Shown here piece by piece: positions 9,933 through 20,189 of a stretch of 37,623 nt of DNA. The stretch lies in assembly GCA_965651915.1 (NCBI GenBank), contig CBFGVE010000001.1, forward strand, positions 1 through 37,623, given 5' to 3'. Every line of letters begins with the position of its first letter. Within the stretch, counting starts at the first letter, position 1. Origin of the DNA: an uncultured bacterium. Lineage in GTDB: Bacteria; Verrucomicrobiota; Kiritimatiellia; CBFGVE01. The notes under the pieces were generated by a model. The model searched no databases, was not told the origin of the DNA, and saw only the letters and a list, made by a program, of their open reading frames with translations. The translations under genes were made by a program, and so were the position numbers.

Positions 9933-11168
9933 TCAGCGGTCGAGCCAGCCGCGCTGGTCGAGGGCGGCCTCCAGCTCGACGGCGAGCGCGCGGTGGCCGT
10001 CGGCTCCCGGGTGCATGAAGTAGACCCCGTATTCGGAGGGGTACTTGTCCCGGGGGATCTCGCTGCGGATATTGAAGTAGGCGACACCGAGCTGGTCGCA
10101 TATCCCGGTGGCGTGCTCGTTCATCGCGCCGAACACCAGCAGCTTGAAGCCGTGGTCGCGCTGGATTTCGAGCAGTTCGGAGAAGGCCTTGCTCACGCCC
10201 TCGACCCCGGTGTAGTCGGCGATCTCGGGATCGATGAACTCGCTTTCAACCTCGGTGCTGCGCATGGCGGGCGGGTCCACCATCTGGCGGAACTCGGCGC
10301 GGTTGAACAGGAGCGGATAGAGAAAGCTGACGTCGCGGCGGCGGAAGTCGACGGACTTGGTCATGAAGAAGGGCGGGCCAAAATCGTTGTCGCACCATCC
10401 CACGACCACCACGTCGGGAGCATAGTCCAGTCCCCGGTGGCGGAGCATTTCCACCTCCTGGATGAGGTTGTAGCCCGGCACCGCCAGGTTGAGGATCTCG
10501 TAGCGCAGCGGACCCTCGCGCTCGGCGAGGCGGTCTTCGAGCACCGCCAGATAGTCGCCTCCCTGGTCGATGTTCCAGCCGAACATGCCCGAGTCGCCGA
10601 TGCCGACGACGCGGAAGACGCCGGGCGCCTTCTCCTCCTCATAGTCGCGGCTCTCGCGCATGCCCTGGCGGTTGGTGCGCAGGCTGCGGTGCCCGAACTC
10701 CATATCGAGGTCGGGCATCAGCTCGTAGATAATGCGGCGGTTGGTGCTGAGGCGGACGATCGCGGCGAGGGGGTGGAAGCTCTGGAGGTTGATCCGGCGG
10801 TGCCGGGAAAGTTCGGCGAGCTTCTCGAACTGGCTGCCTGCATCGGGTCCGCCCTGGTTGCGCTCGAGCATCATGCGGAGGGCGATCTCGCCGACGAGTA
10901 CCCCCAGCGACACGCTGATCCCCAGCAGCACTAGGCGCCCGGTGTTGGGCAGCCAGTCGCGGAACGGCGAGCCGCCGCGCAAGAAGATCCAGCCCGCGAA
11001 GCCCAGCGCCACCGCCGCCATCCGCTTCTTGGGGTTGTTGACGGTGATGACCTCGCTCCACTCGCCGCCCCGTATCATGATCAGGACAAGGGTGAAGGCG
11101 AACCACAGCGCGGCCAGCAAGCTGACCCAGGCGAGAACCTTCCAGACATTCATTTTTTGAGTTTTCAT
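9933..11168 (-). CDS. Membrane-anchored SGNH/GDSL-family hydrolase
   Basis: Three N-terminal TM helices, then SGNH blocks 'VVGIGDSGMFGW' (I), 'LAVPGYN' (II) and 'VVGWCDNDF' (III); block V is only approximate ('GADGH'). Start set to the ATG at 11168 (MKTQKM). The upstream part of the track ORF lies in an AT-rich promoter-like region. Confidence 0.6.
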   Translation of the reverse strand: MKTQKMNVWKVLAWVSLLAALWFAFTLVLIMIRGGEWSEVITVNNPKKRMAAVALGFAGWIFLRGGSPFRDWLPNTGRLVLLGISVSLGVLVGEIALRMMLERNQGGPDAGSQFEKLAELSRHRRINLQSFHPLAAIVRLSTNRRIIYELMPDLDMEFGHRSLRTNRQGMRESRDYEEEKAPGVFRVVGIGDSGMFGWNIDQGGDYLAVLEDRLAEREGPLRYEILNLAVPGYNLIQEVEMLRHRGLDYAPDVVVVGWCDNDFGPPFFMTKSVDFRRRDVSFLYPLLFNRAEFRQMVDPPAMRSTEVESEFIDPEIADYTGVEGVSKAFSELLEIQRDHGFKLLVFGAMNEHATGICDQLGVAYFNIRSEIPRDKYPSEYGVYFMHPGADGHRALAVELEAALDQRGWLDR

Positions 11169-11337
11169 CGCGGCAGCCTGCCAGATGGCAGCAGGCCAGG
11201 CAACAAAAAGGGCGTTGAACGGCCCGGGCGGGGCTGGGACCTCATCCCGGCCGTAAGCGTAAAAATAAAATAAAAAAGTTTGATCTGTGGCCATGGGATA
11301 CTAGGCTTGGATGATCAGTATCAACCAGGAGATCGTG

Positions 11338-13533
11338 ATGATGAGATTGCCGCGTAGACCGTTGTTGAGGCTGGTCGCATTGCTGGTGGCGGGTTGTGGA
11401 GGAGGAGTGAGTGCCTGGGAGCCGGATACGCTCGATTTGGACGCTCGGGCGCCCTTCGTTCACGCGGCAGGCGAGGAGCTGCGCGAGTTGTACGTGCGCC
11501 ACGGGAGCATCGAGTCGCTCCAGCGCCGGATCGACGGCGAGCGCGCCGAGCATCCCGACGCCGTGCTGGTCATCCGGCTCGATGGCCGGTTCACCGTGAG
11601 CGACCAGCCGCTGCGCCTCGGCTCTCGCATGAACCTGGTGCTCGAACCGGGCGCGGAGCTGGTGGCGGATTCCCAGACCGCGGTACACCTGGTCGAGTTC
11701 CGCGACGCGGAGTTGGCGGGCGTCTATGGCCCCGGCGACGGCCAGGCCCCCGGGGTGCTCGATGGCAACATGCGCTCGCCCGCGGTGGTTCGCGTGGTGA
11801 ACAGCGCGAAGATCCATCTCGATCACCTGGAGTAATTCGGCGGGCGCCGGAGTCGAGTATCAGGGAAGGGGCAAGGATCGTTTTGGCGAGCCCGGCTCCA
11901 TTGCCCGCTGCCGCATCCACAGCAACATGGGGTCCGGGGTCCAGGTGCGGGATGCCGCGCAGTTCGCTTTTGTCTACAACCAGCTCCGGGAGAACCAGGG
12001 ACATGGCATCGAGATCGATTCCCACACCTCGGTCGTCGCCGACAACCTGTTCCGCGGCCAGGGAGGATTCGCCGTGGTTGTCCATTCCGAGAACGGTACG
12101 GTCGCCCGCAACACGGTGCGGGGCAACGGGGGCATACAGCTCGGCGCCTCGAGCCGCCTGAACCTGGTGACCTACAACCGCCTCGTGCGAACCGAAGGCG
12201 TGGGGATCGCGGTCGATGGACAGCAGAATGCCGTCTACTACAACGCCTTTGACCGGGTGGCGAAGCCATTCAGCTTTGCCGGACGCGACAACATTATCGC
12301 CTCGCACCGAAACGTGTCGGGCAGCGACGTGGAGGCTTCGCTGGGACGCAACCACTATTTCAACCCCCCAACGCGCAGCAACCGCCACACGGACCCAGTA
12401 ATCGTGGGCGGTATGGGCCGCCGCGACATCACCATCGAGACCGGCGATAAAGGCCCCGACAGATGGGTCCGGCTCGACGCGGTGGAGGAGGAGATCGTGA
12501 AGCGGCTCGCCGACCGCCCGCACATGGATCTGGCCGAGGTCCAGGCGCGCATCCAGCAGGAGCGCGACGCCCATCCCGATGACTACCTCGTGGTCCATCT
12601 GCGCGGCACTTTCCTCTCCACCCAGGGAGAGACCGGTCTGCACATTCCCGACTACGTTTCGGTGGTGCTCGATGGCTACGTGATCGCCCGCATGCCTGAC
12701 CAGGCGCGGCTGGTCCTGCTCGAAGGCCGGGGCTTCTCGTCGATTTCCGGCGGCTACTACCACGGCGGGGCGGGCAAGGCCTATCACGGCATCGACGCCC
12801 CGGGAAGCGGAATCCACATCGTCGATGGCGTCACGGTGTCCTCCCTGCGCAGCCAGGGAATCAGCACCGTGCCGACTCCCGTTCACCGCAAAATCCCGGG
12901 GGGAGCAAGCGCGGCCGCGGCGCGGTCCGGGGCCGCCCCGTGTTCATCCGGAGCAACAACGTGGTCGACATTGGCCACCGCGGGATCTGGGGTCACGTTG
13001 CCTCCGACATCTACTACATCGACAACGTGGTGGCCAATGTGGAGTCGGACGGCATCGACATCGACGCCCACAACCACTTCAGCAAGGTGCTGTTCAATGT
13101 GCTGCGGGGCAATGTCCGCAGCGGCGTGTTCATCGAGGAAGGGGTATCCTTCAACACCGTCTACGGCAACCGCATGGTCGCCAATCTGGGCCAGTCTTCC
13201 ACCGGCATCCTGTTCTACTCCTACCTCGCGCGCAAAGCGCTGCAGGACGGCGACGAGAACTGGCAGCGCCTGCGCAACCGCAACAATCTCTTCGTGGGCA
13301 ACCTGGTCGAGGAGCACCGGAATGGCATGAACACCCGCTACGCCGAGGGCTGCGCGTTCATGCACAATGTTTTCCGGCATAACGAGGTGGGGATCCATGC
13401 GGGATTCCGCGCCGCGAACATCTATCTCGGCCAGAATGTCGCCTACGACAACACCGAGGCGGATGTTTCGGAAAAGGAGGCGCCGTTCGCTCCGGGCGAG
13501 TTCTACGGATTCTCCCGAGACCTGCTGGAGTAG
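11338..13533 (+). pseudogene. Two-module right-handed beta-helix lipoprotein, interrupted by two frameshifts (three ORF pieces: 11338-11835, ~11801-12900 and ~12900-13533)
   Basis: Lipobox 'LLVAGCGGG' after the ATG at 11338 (AGGAGA RBS). Frame 1 stops at 11833, but frame 2 is open from 11801 and continues a beta-helix-like sequence ('SNSAGAGVEYQGRG...CRIHSNMGSGVQVRD'). The second frame switch is at or near the G6 run at 12898-12903, after which frame 1 carries 'VFIRSNNVVDIGHRGIWGH...DGIDIDAHN'. The two modules are paralogous ('RIDGERAEHPDAVLVIRLDGRF' vs 'RIQQERDAHPDDYLVVHLRGTF'). Confidence 0.55.
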
Positions 13534-13639
13534 CTGGGTGGGGGTAGGGGGACGCGAGGCAATCTGGGTAGCTATCGGGGCGAACGGGTGCTACGCTTCA
13601 CGACCGATTCCGTTACAGCTTCCTTCACCCCTCGCCACG

Positions 13640-14950
13640 ATGCATCCGCCCAACATCCTCCTTCTGTTTCCCGACCAGCACAGAAGCGACTGGCTGGGGC
13701 TGAATTCCCGGCTCCCGCTGCGCACGCCGAACATCGACCGGCTCGCCGCGCGCGGCACGCGTTTCACCCAGGCCTTCACTCCGTCGCCGCTTTGCGCCCC
13801 GGCCCGGGCCTGCCTGGCCTCGGGCCGCAGCTACGCGGCCTGCGGCGTACCCAGCAACCTCGAATGCTACCCGCTGGACTTGCCCACCTACTACCAGCGG
13901 CTCCGCGACGCGGGCTACCGGGTCGCCGGGGTGGGCAAGTTCGACCTCCACAAGGATCTCGCGACGCCCGCCGCGCAGCGATCCTGGAATCTAGATGGCT
14001 CGCGTCTGCTGGACGAATGGGGTTTCACCGAGGGAATCGACAACGAGGGCAAGCTCGACGGAACCGCCTCCTATGCCGCCACCGGCACGCCGCGCGGTCC
14101 CTACCTCCGCTACCTCGAAGGCCTCGGCCTCGCCCGGGACTACGTACGCGAGCATGAGGTGCGGGACCGCTGTCTCAACGCCTATGTCACCGCCCTGCCC
14201 GACGAGGCCTACTGCGACAACTGGATCGCCGGCAACGGGCTCCGTTTCCTGGCCGGCTTTCCGCCCGGGCAGCCGTGGCACCTGGCCGTCAATTTTACCG
14301 GACCGCACGACCCGATGGAGGTCACCCAGCGGATGCACGACGCCTGGAAGGAGGTCGAGTTTCCACTGCCCGAAGACGGGCTGCCGCCCGGATTCACGCC
14401 CGGGGACTACCAGCGCAGCACCCGGCATTACGCGGCGATGATCGAGAATATCGACCGCCATGTGGGGCGATTCATCGCGGCGGTCGAGGCGCGCGGGGAG
14501 CTGGACCGCACCCTGGTCGTGTACAGCAGCGACCACGGCGAAATGCTGGGCGACCACGGCAAATGGGGCAAGGGTACCTGGCATACATCTTCGGTGGGCA
14601 TCCCACTGGTGGCGGCTGGGCCCGGCGTAGCGCCGGGAGCCGAGAGCGATGCGCTGGTGTCGCTCCAGGATCTGTGTGCCACCTTCCTTGACTACGCGGG
14701 CGCGCCAACGCTGCCCGAGATGGAGGCCCGGAGCCTGCGTCCAATTCTCGAAGGCCGAGCCACCCAGCACCGGCCGGTTGTGGTGAGCGCTCTCGGCAGC
14801 TGGCGAACGGTTTTCGATGGGCGCTACAAGCTGCTTGCAGATGGGCGCGCGGAGCCCCGGCTGTTCGATACCGCCTCCGATCCGGGCGAGCGGACCGACG
14901 TGGCTGGTCTTCATCCCGAAATCGTGCGGCGGCTGGCGGGGTACGGGTAG
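13640..14950 (+). CDS. Type I (formylglycine-dependent, Cys-type) sulfatase, no signal peptide
   Basis: 'NILLLFPDQHR', FGly motif 'CAPAR' in 'SPLCAPARACLASGR', 'VVYSSDHGEMLGDHGKWGKG'. Start set to the ATG at 13640 (MHPPNILLL), so the catalytic domain begins at the N-terminus. Confidence 0.85.
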   Translation: MHPPNILLLFPDQHRSDWLGLNSRLPLRTPNIDRLAARGTRFTQAFTPSPLCAPARACLASGRSYAACGVPSNLECYPLDLPTYYQRLRDAGYRVAGVGKFDLHKDLATPAAQRSWNLDGSRLLDEWGFTEGIDNEGKLDGTASYAATGTPRGPYLRYLEGLGLARDYVREHEVRDRCLNAYVTALPDEAYCDNWIAGNGLRFLAGFPPGQPWHLAVNFTGPHDPMEVTQRMHDAWKEVEFPLPEDGLPPGFTPGDYQRSTRHYAAMIENIDRHVGRFIAAVEARGELDRTLVVYSSDHGEMLGDHGKWGKGTWHTSSVGIPLVAAGPGVAPGAESDALVSLQDLCATFLDYAGAPTLPEMEARSLRPILEGRATQHRPVVVSALGSWRTVFDGRYKLLADGRAEPRLFDTASDPGERTDVAGLHPEIVRRLAGYG

Positions 14951-14990
14951 CCGGCCGGTCGGCGCTCTGCGCTGGGGTCTGGATCTCGAC

Positions 14991-16142
14991 TCACAAACCG
15001 TCCGAATTTTTCCGGAACTCCGCAGGGGTGCAGTGGAAGGCGAGCCTGAAGTTGCGGAACAGGACGTCGGGATAGGCATAGCCGCAGGCGTGTGCGATCT
15101 GCTCGATGGATTGGCTGCTGTATTTCAGCAGGTGGCGGGCACGTTCGAGCCGGGCGCGCTGGATCTCGTCCGAGGCGGTATGGCCGAGATACTGCCGGAA
15201 GCGTTTGTCGAGGGTTGGGCGCGAGACGAGCGTATGGCGGAGCACGTCGTCCACGCCCACCCCTTTTTCCAGGTTCTCGCGGATGAAGCAAAGCGCGTCC
15301 ACCACCAGCCGGTCGGGAAAAACCAGGAAGCCCGTGCTGTTCCTTACTGCGATGCGGTCGGGGGCGACCGGGTGGCTGCGCTGCTGCAGCCCTTCCCCCC
15401 GCATGAGCCGGTCGAGGCCCTGGGCGGCCTCGAAACCCATGCGGCCCCAGGCCGTATCTACGCTCGACAGGGTAGGCGAAAGAGAATCGCAGAGCAAATC
15501 GTCGTTGTCCACGCCCAGCAGGGCCACGTCGCCGGGAAACTTGAGCCGGGACCGCTGGAGGGCGCGGGCGAGGAAGGCGGCGGTCATGTCGTTGATGGCG
15601 AATAGGGCGATGGGGCGGGGCAGCCTGCGCAGTCGCCTCGCCATCTGTAGCAGGCCGGCCTGGTGCGCCGCCGTCATCTGCGGCTTGATGTCGAGCCACT
15701 CGCACGTCAGGCCGGCTTGGTGCAGCCGCTCGCGGAACGCCTCCCCCCGAGCCTGGGAGCAGGGCCACACGTCGTGGTGGGCATAGGCGAAGCGGGTGAA
15801 TCCGCACTCAAGGAAATGCTCGGCCGCCATCTTGCCCACCAGCGCGTCGTCGGGGAACCACTGGTAGGGCTCCGGGCGGTCGGGCCGGGGCACCTGCTGG
15901 CTGCCGAAAAATACCGCTGGGCAGGTGATCGGCTGGTTGCGCTCGAAATCCTCGCGCAGTCCGTGGGGGACCAGCATGCCTGCGCTCCGGCGGTCGAACT
16001 GGGCGCCGCCGGCGGTGTATTCGTAGAAGCTAACCTCGATGTCCCAACCCGCCGTGCTGGCGAAGCGGGATACCCCACCGAGAAAGTGGCGGTGGCAGCC
16101 GTTCTCGAGGCGGAGCAGGACCTGGACTTGACGAAGCTTCAT
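14991..16142 (-). CDS. XylR-like transcriptional regulator (periplasmic-binding-protein-like sensor domain + AraC-type HTH)
   Basis: N-terminus 'VQVLLRLENGCHRHFLGGVSRFA...GWDI' and C-terminal AraC HTH 'IEQIAHACGYAYPDVLFRNFRLAFHCTPAEFR'. Divergent from the GH3 gene. Confidence 0.8.
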   Translation of the reverse strand: MKLRQVQVLLRLENGCHRHFLGGVSRFASTAGWDIEVSFYEYTAGGAQFDRRSAGMLVPHGLREDFERNQPITCPAVFFGSQQVPRPDRPEPYQWFPDDALVGKMAAEHFLECGFTRFAYAHHDVWPCSQARGEAFRERLHQAGLTCEWLDIKPQMTAAHQAGLLQMARRLRRLPRPIALFAINDMTAAFLARALQRSRLKFPGDVALLGVDNDDLLCDSLSPTLSSVDTAWGRMGFEAAQGLDRLMRGEGLQQRSHPVAPDRIAVRNSTGFLVFPDRLVVDALCFIRENLEKGVGVDDVLRHTLVSRPTLDKRFRQYLGHTASDEIQRARLERARHLLKYSSQSIEQIAHACGYAYPDVLFRNFRLAFHCTPAEFRKNSDGL

Positions 16143-16257
16143 CCGGGACAGTGTTTAAAAATCACGGTTGGAAATAAAGAAAAAAGGTAAAGCGCCGCCG
16201 TTCAGCCGGCGCGATGGGTTGGCGGGTGGCGAAAGCGCCTCAAAATGACAATAATAA

Positions 16258-18561
16258 ATGACTGACCCCTTTTTTATTTCAGGATTGCTAGAGGATTCGG
16301 GTTGCTTTTTTAAGCGGGCGCTTGCTGGGAGTCTGGGGCGCGGGCATGATGCCCGCATGATTGAAATCGCCGCCACCGCTCTCTGTCCGCCCGCCCACGT
16401 GGAGTCCCACCCCGAGGATTCCCGGGCGCTCGCCCTGATCGCCTGCATGACCCGGGAGGAAAAAGTAGCGCAGCTCACCGGGTTCGGCGTGGATGGCGAC
16501 ATGTTCGGGGGCTTCAAAGCCGAGCAGTTCGGCACACCGGGGCTGGAGCGCCTGGGCATACCCCCGCTCATCATGGGCCACGCCATCACCGGGGTGCGCA
16601 GCGGGCGCATATCTACCGTGAAGGGCACCTACTTCTGTACCCCGGCCGCGGTCGCGGCGACCTGGGATCCCGACCTCTACGGGCGCATCGGCGGGGCGAT
16701 GGCCCTGGAGATGCGCGCCCTCGGGCAGGACCTCAATCTCGGTCCCACGCTCAACATCATCCGCCACCCCCTCGGCGGCCGCAACTGGGAGTCCTACTCC
16801 GAGGATCCCCACCTCGTCGCCCGGCTGGCCGTTGCCTTCGTGCGGGCCCAGCAGGCCAACGGGCTGATCTGCGGACCCAAGCATTTCGCCGCGAACAACC
16901 AGGAGCACGAACGCTTCGACATCAACAACGTGGTCGATGAGCGCACCCTGCGCGAGATCTATCTGCCCGCTTTCGAGGCGGCGGTCCGCGAGGGCGGTGC
17001 CCTCAACATCATGGCTGCCTACAACCGGCTCAACGGCACCTACATCTGCGAGAATACAGATCTGCTTCGCGGCATCCTCCGCGACGAGTGGGGCTTCGAG
17101 GGCTTCGTGGTGTCCGATTTCTGTTTGGCCATGCAGTCTACCGAGGGCAGCGTCCGGGCCGGCGTGAACATCGAGATGGACTCGCCCAAGCACTACGGCG
17201 AGAAGCTGCTGGCCGCCCTGGAGGATGGCCGGGTCGCCGAGGCGGACGTGGATGGCCTGCTGCTGGAGAAGTTCCGGGTGATGATCCGCATGGGCCTGCT
17301 CGACGGGAAGCCCCGTCCCGCCGCCTCGGTGGTGCGTAGTCACGGGCACCTCGAATTGGCGCAGGAGGTGGCCCGCCGCTCGCCGGTTCTGCTGAAGAAC
17401 GAAGGGGACATGCTCCCCCTCGACCGCTCTGCCCTGAAATCGCTGGCGGTGATTGGCCCTAACGCATCCCGCCCGCCGCTGTTCGATGTGGAGAAACCGG
17501 ACTACGCCCATTACCTGCAGGGTGGAGGCAGCGGCCGCAGCTACTATGTCCGCGAGGCGCTGGTCGAGCCGCTCCAGGGCCTGCGGCAGTTGGCCGGTGC
17601 GCAGGTCGAGGTCCGCCACGCGCGAGGCGCACCGCCAGCCGGCGGGTCCAGGAAGGCCGACCTAGCCGCCGAGCAGGCGCTCCGCGACGAGGCGGTCGCG
17701 CTGGCCCGGGCCAGCGACGCGGCGGTGTTGGTCATGGGCCTTACCGGCTTGGTGGAGAGCGAGGGCTTCGACCGCCCGAGCGCTCGCCTGCCCGCCGCCC
17801 AGGAGGCCCTGATCCGCGAGGTGCTGGCGGTGCAGCCCCGCACGGTGGTCGTGCTGGTGGCTGGCTGCTACATCGAGGCGGCCGAATGGATCGACGTGGC
17901 CCCGGCCGTGGTCTACGCCCCCTACGCGGGCGAGCGCATCGGGCTTGGGCTGGCCGAACTGCTCTGGGGCGACCAGAATTTCACCGGGCGCCTGCCAATC
18001 AGCTATCCGCTCCGCGCCGACGACTATCCGCCGGGCTCCATCTACTCCGGCGGCCCCCACAGCGTGACCGGCGACAGCAACGCCTACTCCGAAGGAATGT
18101 TCGTCGGCTACCGCTACTTCGACACCCAGCGCAAGCCCTTGCTCTTCCCGTTCGGCCACGGACTTTCCTACACCCGCTTCGACTACGGACCGCTCGACGT
18201 GCGCACCGAATGCCGGAGCGGGAAGGTCAGCGTCGAGGCCGAGCTGGAGATTGCGAACGCGGGTCCCCGCGAAGGCGTCGAGGTGGTCCAGCTCTATGTG
18301 GCCGCGCCGGACGCCTCCACGTCGCGGCCACGCCGTGAACTGCGCGCCTTCGCGTGCGTTGAGCTGGAGGCTGGCGCGAGCCGCCGGGTCCGGCTGGCCC
18401 TTGACGGGCGGGCCTTCAGCCAGTACGTCGTGGAGGAAGGCCGGTGGGCGGTCGACCCGGGCTCCTACCATATCGAGGTGGGGGCCTCGTCCCGTGATAT
18501 CCGCCAGTCTGTCTATATCGAGCTGGGCGGCGTCCCGGCCTCCCCGTCAGAAAAGGAATAG
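16258..18561 (+). CDS. Glycoside hydrolase family 3 (beta-glucosidase/BglX-like), no obvious signal peptide
   Basis: 'MTREEKVAQLTG', 'GPKHFAANNQE', nucleophile region 'GFVVSDF', C-terminal Fn3-like 'LYVAAP...RELRAFACVELEAG'. Start ambiguous: ATG at 16258 or 16357. Confidence 0.85.
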   Translation: MTDPFFISGLLEDSGCFFKRALAGSLGRGHDARMIEIAATALCPPAHVESHPEDSRALALIACMTREEKVAQLTGFGVDGDMFGGFKAEQFGTPGLERLGIPPLIMGHAITGVRSGRISTVKGTYFCTPAAVAATWDPDLYGRIGGAMALEMRALGQDLNLGPTLNIIRHPLGGRNWESYSEDPHLVARLAVAFVRAQQANGLICGPKHFAANNQEHERFDINNVVDERTLREIYLPAFEAAVREGGALNIMAAYNRLNGTYICENTDLLRGILRDEWGFEGFVVSDFCLAMQSTEGSVRAGVNIEMDSPKHYGEKLLAALEDGRVAEADVDGLLLEKFRVMIRMGLLDGKPRPAASVVRSHGHLELAQEVARRSPVLLKNEGDMLPLDRSALKSLAVIGPNASRPPLFDVEKPDYAHYLQGGGSGRSYYVREALVEPLQGLRQLAGAQVEVRHARGAPPAGGSRKADLAAEQALRDEAVALARASDAAVLVMGLTGLVESEGFDRPSARLPAAQEALIREVLAVQPRTVVVLVAGCYIEAAEWIDVAPAVVYAPYAGERIGLGLAELLWGDQNFTGRLPISYPLRADDYPPGSIYSGGPHSVTGDSNAYSEGMFVGYRYFDTQRKPLLFPFGHGLSYTRFDYGPLDVRTECRSGKVSVEAELEIANAGPREGVEVVQLYVAAPDASTSRPRRELRAFACVELEAGASRRVRLALDGRAFSQYVVEEGRWAVDPGSYHIEVGASSRDIRQSVYIELGGVPASPSEKE

Positions 18562-18563
18562 CC

Positions 18564-19394
18564 ATGAAAACCCGAATGATTGCTCTACTGGTGCTTCTCG
18601 CCGCCGGCGTCCGCGCCGACCTCATCAACACGATCGTCTTCCAGGACGGCCTGAGCCCGTGGGCCGACTCCCCCATGGCCGCCTACGAGGGTACCGAGGA
18701 CACCCATATCAAGCAGGATGGGGCGACCACCAACTACGGGGCGAACACGACCCTGCTCGTCCGCGACCGCAACAACGACGACGACGCGCTCATCCGCTTC
18801 AGGATGGTAGGGGTCACGAACTACATCCATTCGGCGACGATCACCAACGCGAGCCTCTCCTTCCGTAATTCCAGAGCCATAGGCGCATTGAACGCGAACA
18901 CCAATTACAACCGGGTCGATCTGTTCCTGGTCAACTCCACCGATGGTGGCTGGGCCGAGACCCAGGCGACCTGGAACCTGGAGGCGAACAGCGTGGCGTG
19001 GAACGGGGGAAGCGGGACGGGTGCCAGCGCCAACCGGTCCCGAGTCAGTCTGCTGGGCACGCATACCAACATCCTCTCCACCGTCCTGCTCACCGGGTCT
19101 GTTACCAACACCGGCAGCTGGGTCACCTTCGACTTCACCCAGAACCTGGCCACCCTGGAGTCCTGGCTGGCCGGCGGCGCCAACGGCGGCTTCGTCGTGG
19201 TTGCCTATGGGCTGGATCATGGTGGCGACGGACCGTTTGTGACCTGGCACTCCAGCGAGTCGGCGACCGATGCAAGCCGACCCATCCTCACCCTGAACGG
19301 GACCTTCGACGTGGAGGTGGTGCCCGAGCCCAGCGCCCTTGCCCTCCTGGGCATAGGCCTCGCCCTGGTCGCCCGCAGGCTGCGGGCTGCCTAG
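18564..19394 (+). CDS. PEP-CTERM sorting-domain secreted protein (possible carbohydrate-binding/lectin-like body)
   Basis: Signal peptide 'MKTRMIALLVLLAAGVRA'. C-terminal 'VPEPSALALLGIGLALVARRLRAA' gives the PEP motif, a TM helix and a basic tail. Starts 3 nt after the GH3 stop. Confidence 0.8.
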   Translation: MKTRMIALLVLLAAGVRADLINTIVFQDGLSPWADSPMAAYEGTEDTHIKQDGATTNYGANTTLLVRDRNNDDDALIRFRMVGVTNYIHSATITNASLSFRNSRAIGALNANTNYNRVDLFLVNSTDGGWAETQATWNLEANSVAWNGGSGTGASANRSRVSLLGTHTNILSTVLLTGSVTNTGSWVTFDFTQNLATLESWLAGGANGGFVVVAYGLDHGGDGPFVTWHSSESATDASRPILTLNGTFDVEVVPEPSALALLGIGLALVARRLRAA

Positions 19395-19463
19395 CGTGCA
19401 GGTTAAAAATTGCAATTAATTACATCAGTTGTGCAGGGCCTCCTTCTGTGGGATCCTACGCAC

Positions 19464-20189
19464 ATGACTACGTTATCATCCAGACCGAACCGGACCGCGT
19501 TCACCCTCGTCGAGCTCCTGGTGGTCGTTGCGATCATCGCCATCCTCATCGCCATGCTGTTCCCTGCGCTTGGGCGGGCGCGCGAGCAGGCCCGCGCGGC
19601 TGGCTGTGCGGCCCACATCGGCCAGTGCCTCAAGGCCACGCTGATGTTCGTGAACGACCACGAGGCCTATCTGCCGCCCGTCTACGCGAATAAGACCTGG
19701 ACCAAGGGAGGGGGCCAGAACCTCTGGTGGTTCAGCTCCCGCTGGCTGGGCCCCTATTTCTCCATGGACCGCGCGACCGATACGGGCCCCCACCGCTGCC
19801 CCTCGGCGGGCAGCAACGGCATAGGCTACAACCATCAGGAGCTGGGCCAGTTTCTCACCAACAACGTCCCCGAGTTTGCCTACCGCCTGGACGACGTGGC
19901 CCGTCCCTCGTTCACCGTCGCCTTCGCCGACGCCGCCTGGATTGGCAACCCGGTGCCGGCCGACAACCCCCACCCCGACCGCTGGTTCGACTCGGGCAAG
20001 GTACCCCAGCCCATCTTCCGCACGCCCAGCAACTCAGGCTACAACTCCAATCCAGAACGCCCCATCAACCGCCACCTCGGCCAGCTCAACGCGGGCTTCC
20101 TCGACGGGCACGTGCGCCGCATGAAGGCCTCCGAGCTGGGCTTCCAGTTTCCGCGGGGCGACTCCCGGGCCCTGTGGGACCGGCTCTAA
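19464..20189 (+). CDS. Prepilin-type N-terminal cleavage/methylation domain protein of the H-X9-DG (DUF1559-like) family
   Basis: '[25 protein letters not shown]' type IV pilin-like N-terminus. C-terminal '[12 protein letters not shown]' is exactly H-X9-DG. Start set to the ATG at 19464. Confidence 0.85.
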   Translation: MTTLSSRPNRTAFTLVELLVVVAIIAILIAMLFPALGRAREQARAAGCAAHIGQCLKATLMFVNDHEAYLPPVYANKTWTKGGGQNLWWFSSRWLGPYFSMDRATDTGPHRCPSAGSNGIGYNHQELGQFLTNNVPEFAYRLDDVARPSFTVAFADAAWIGNPVPADNPHPDRWFDSGKVPQPIFRTPSNSGYNSNPERPINRHLGQLNAGFLDGHVRRMKASELGFQFPRGDSRALWDRL

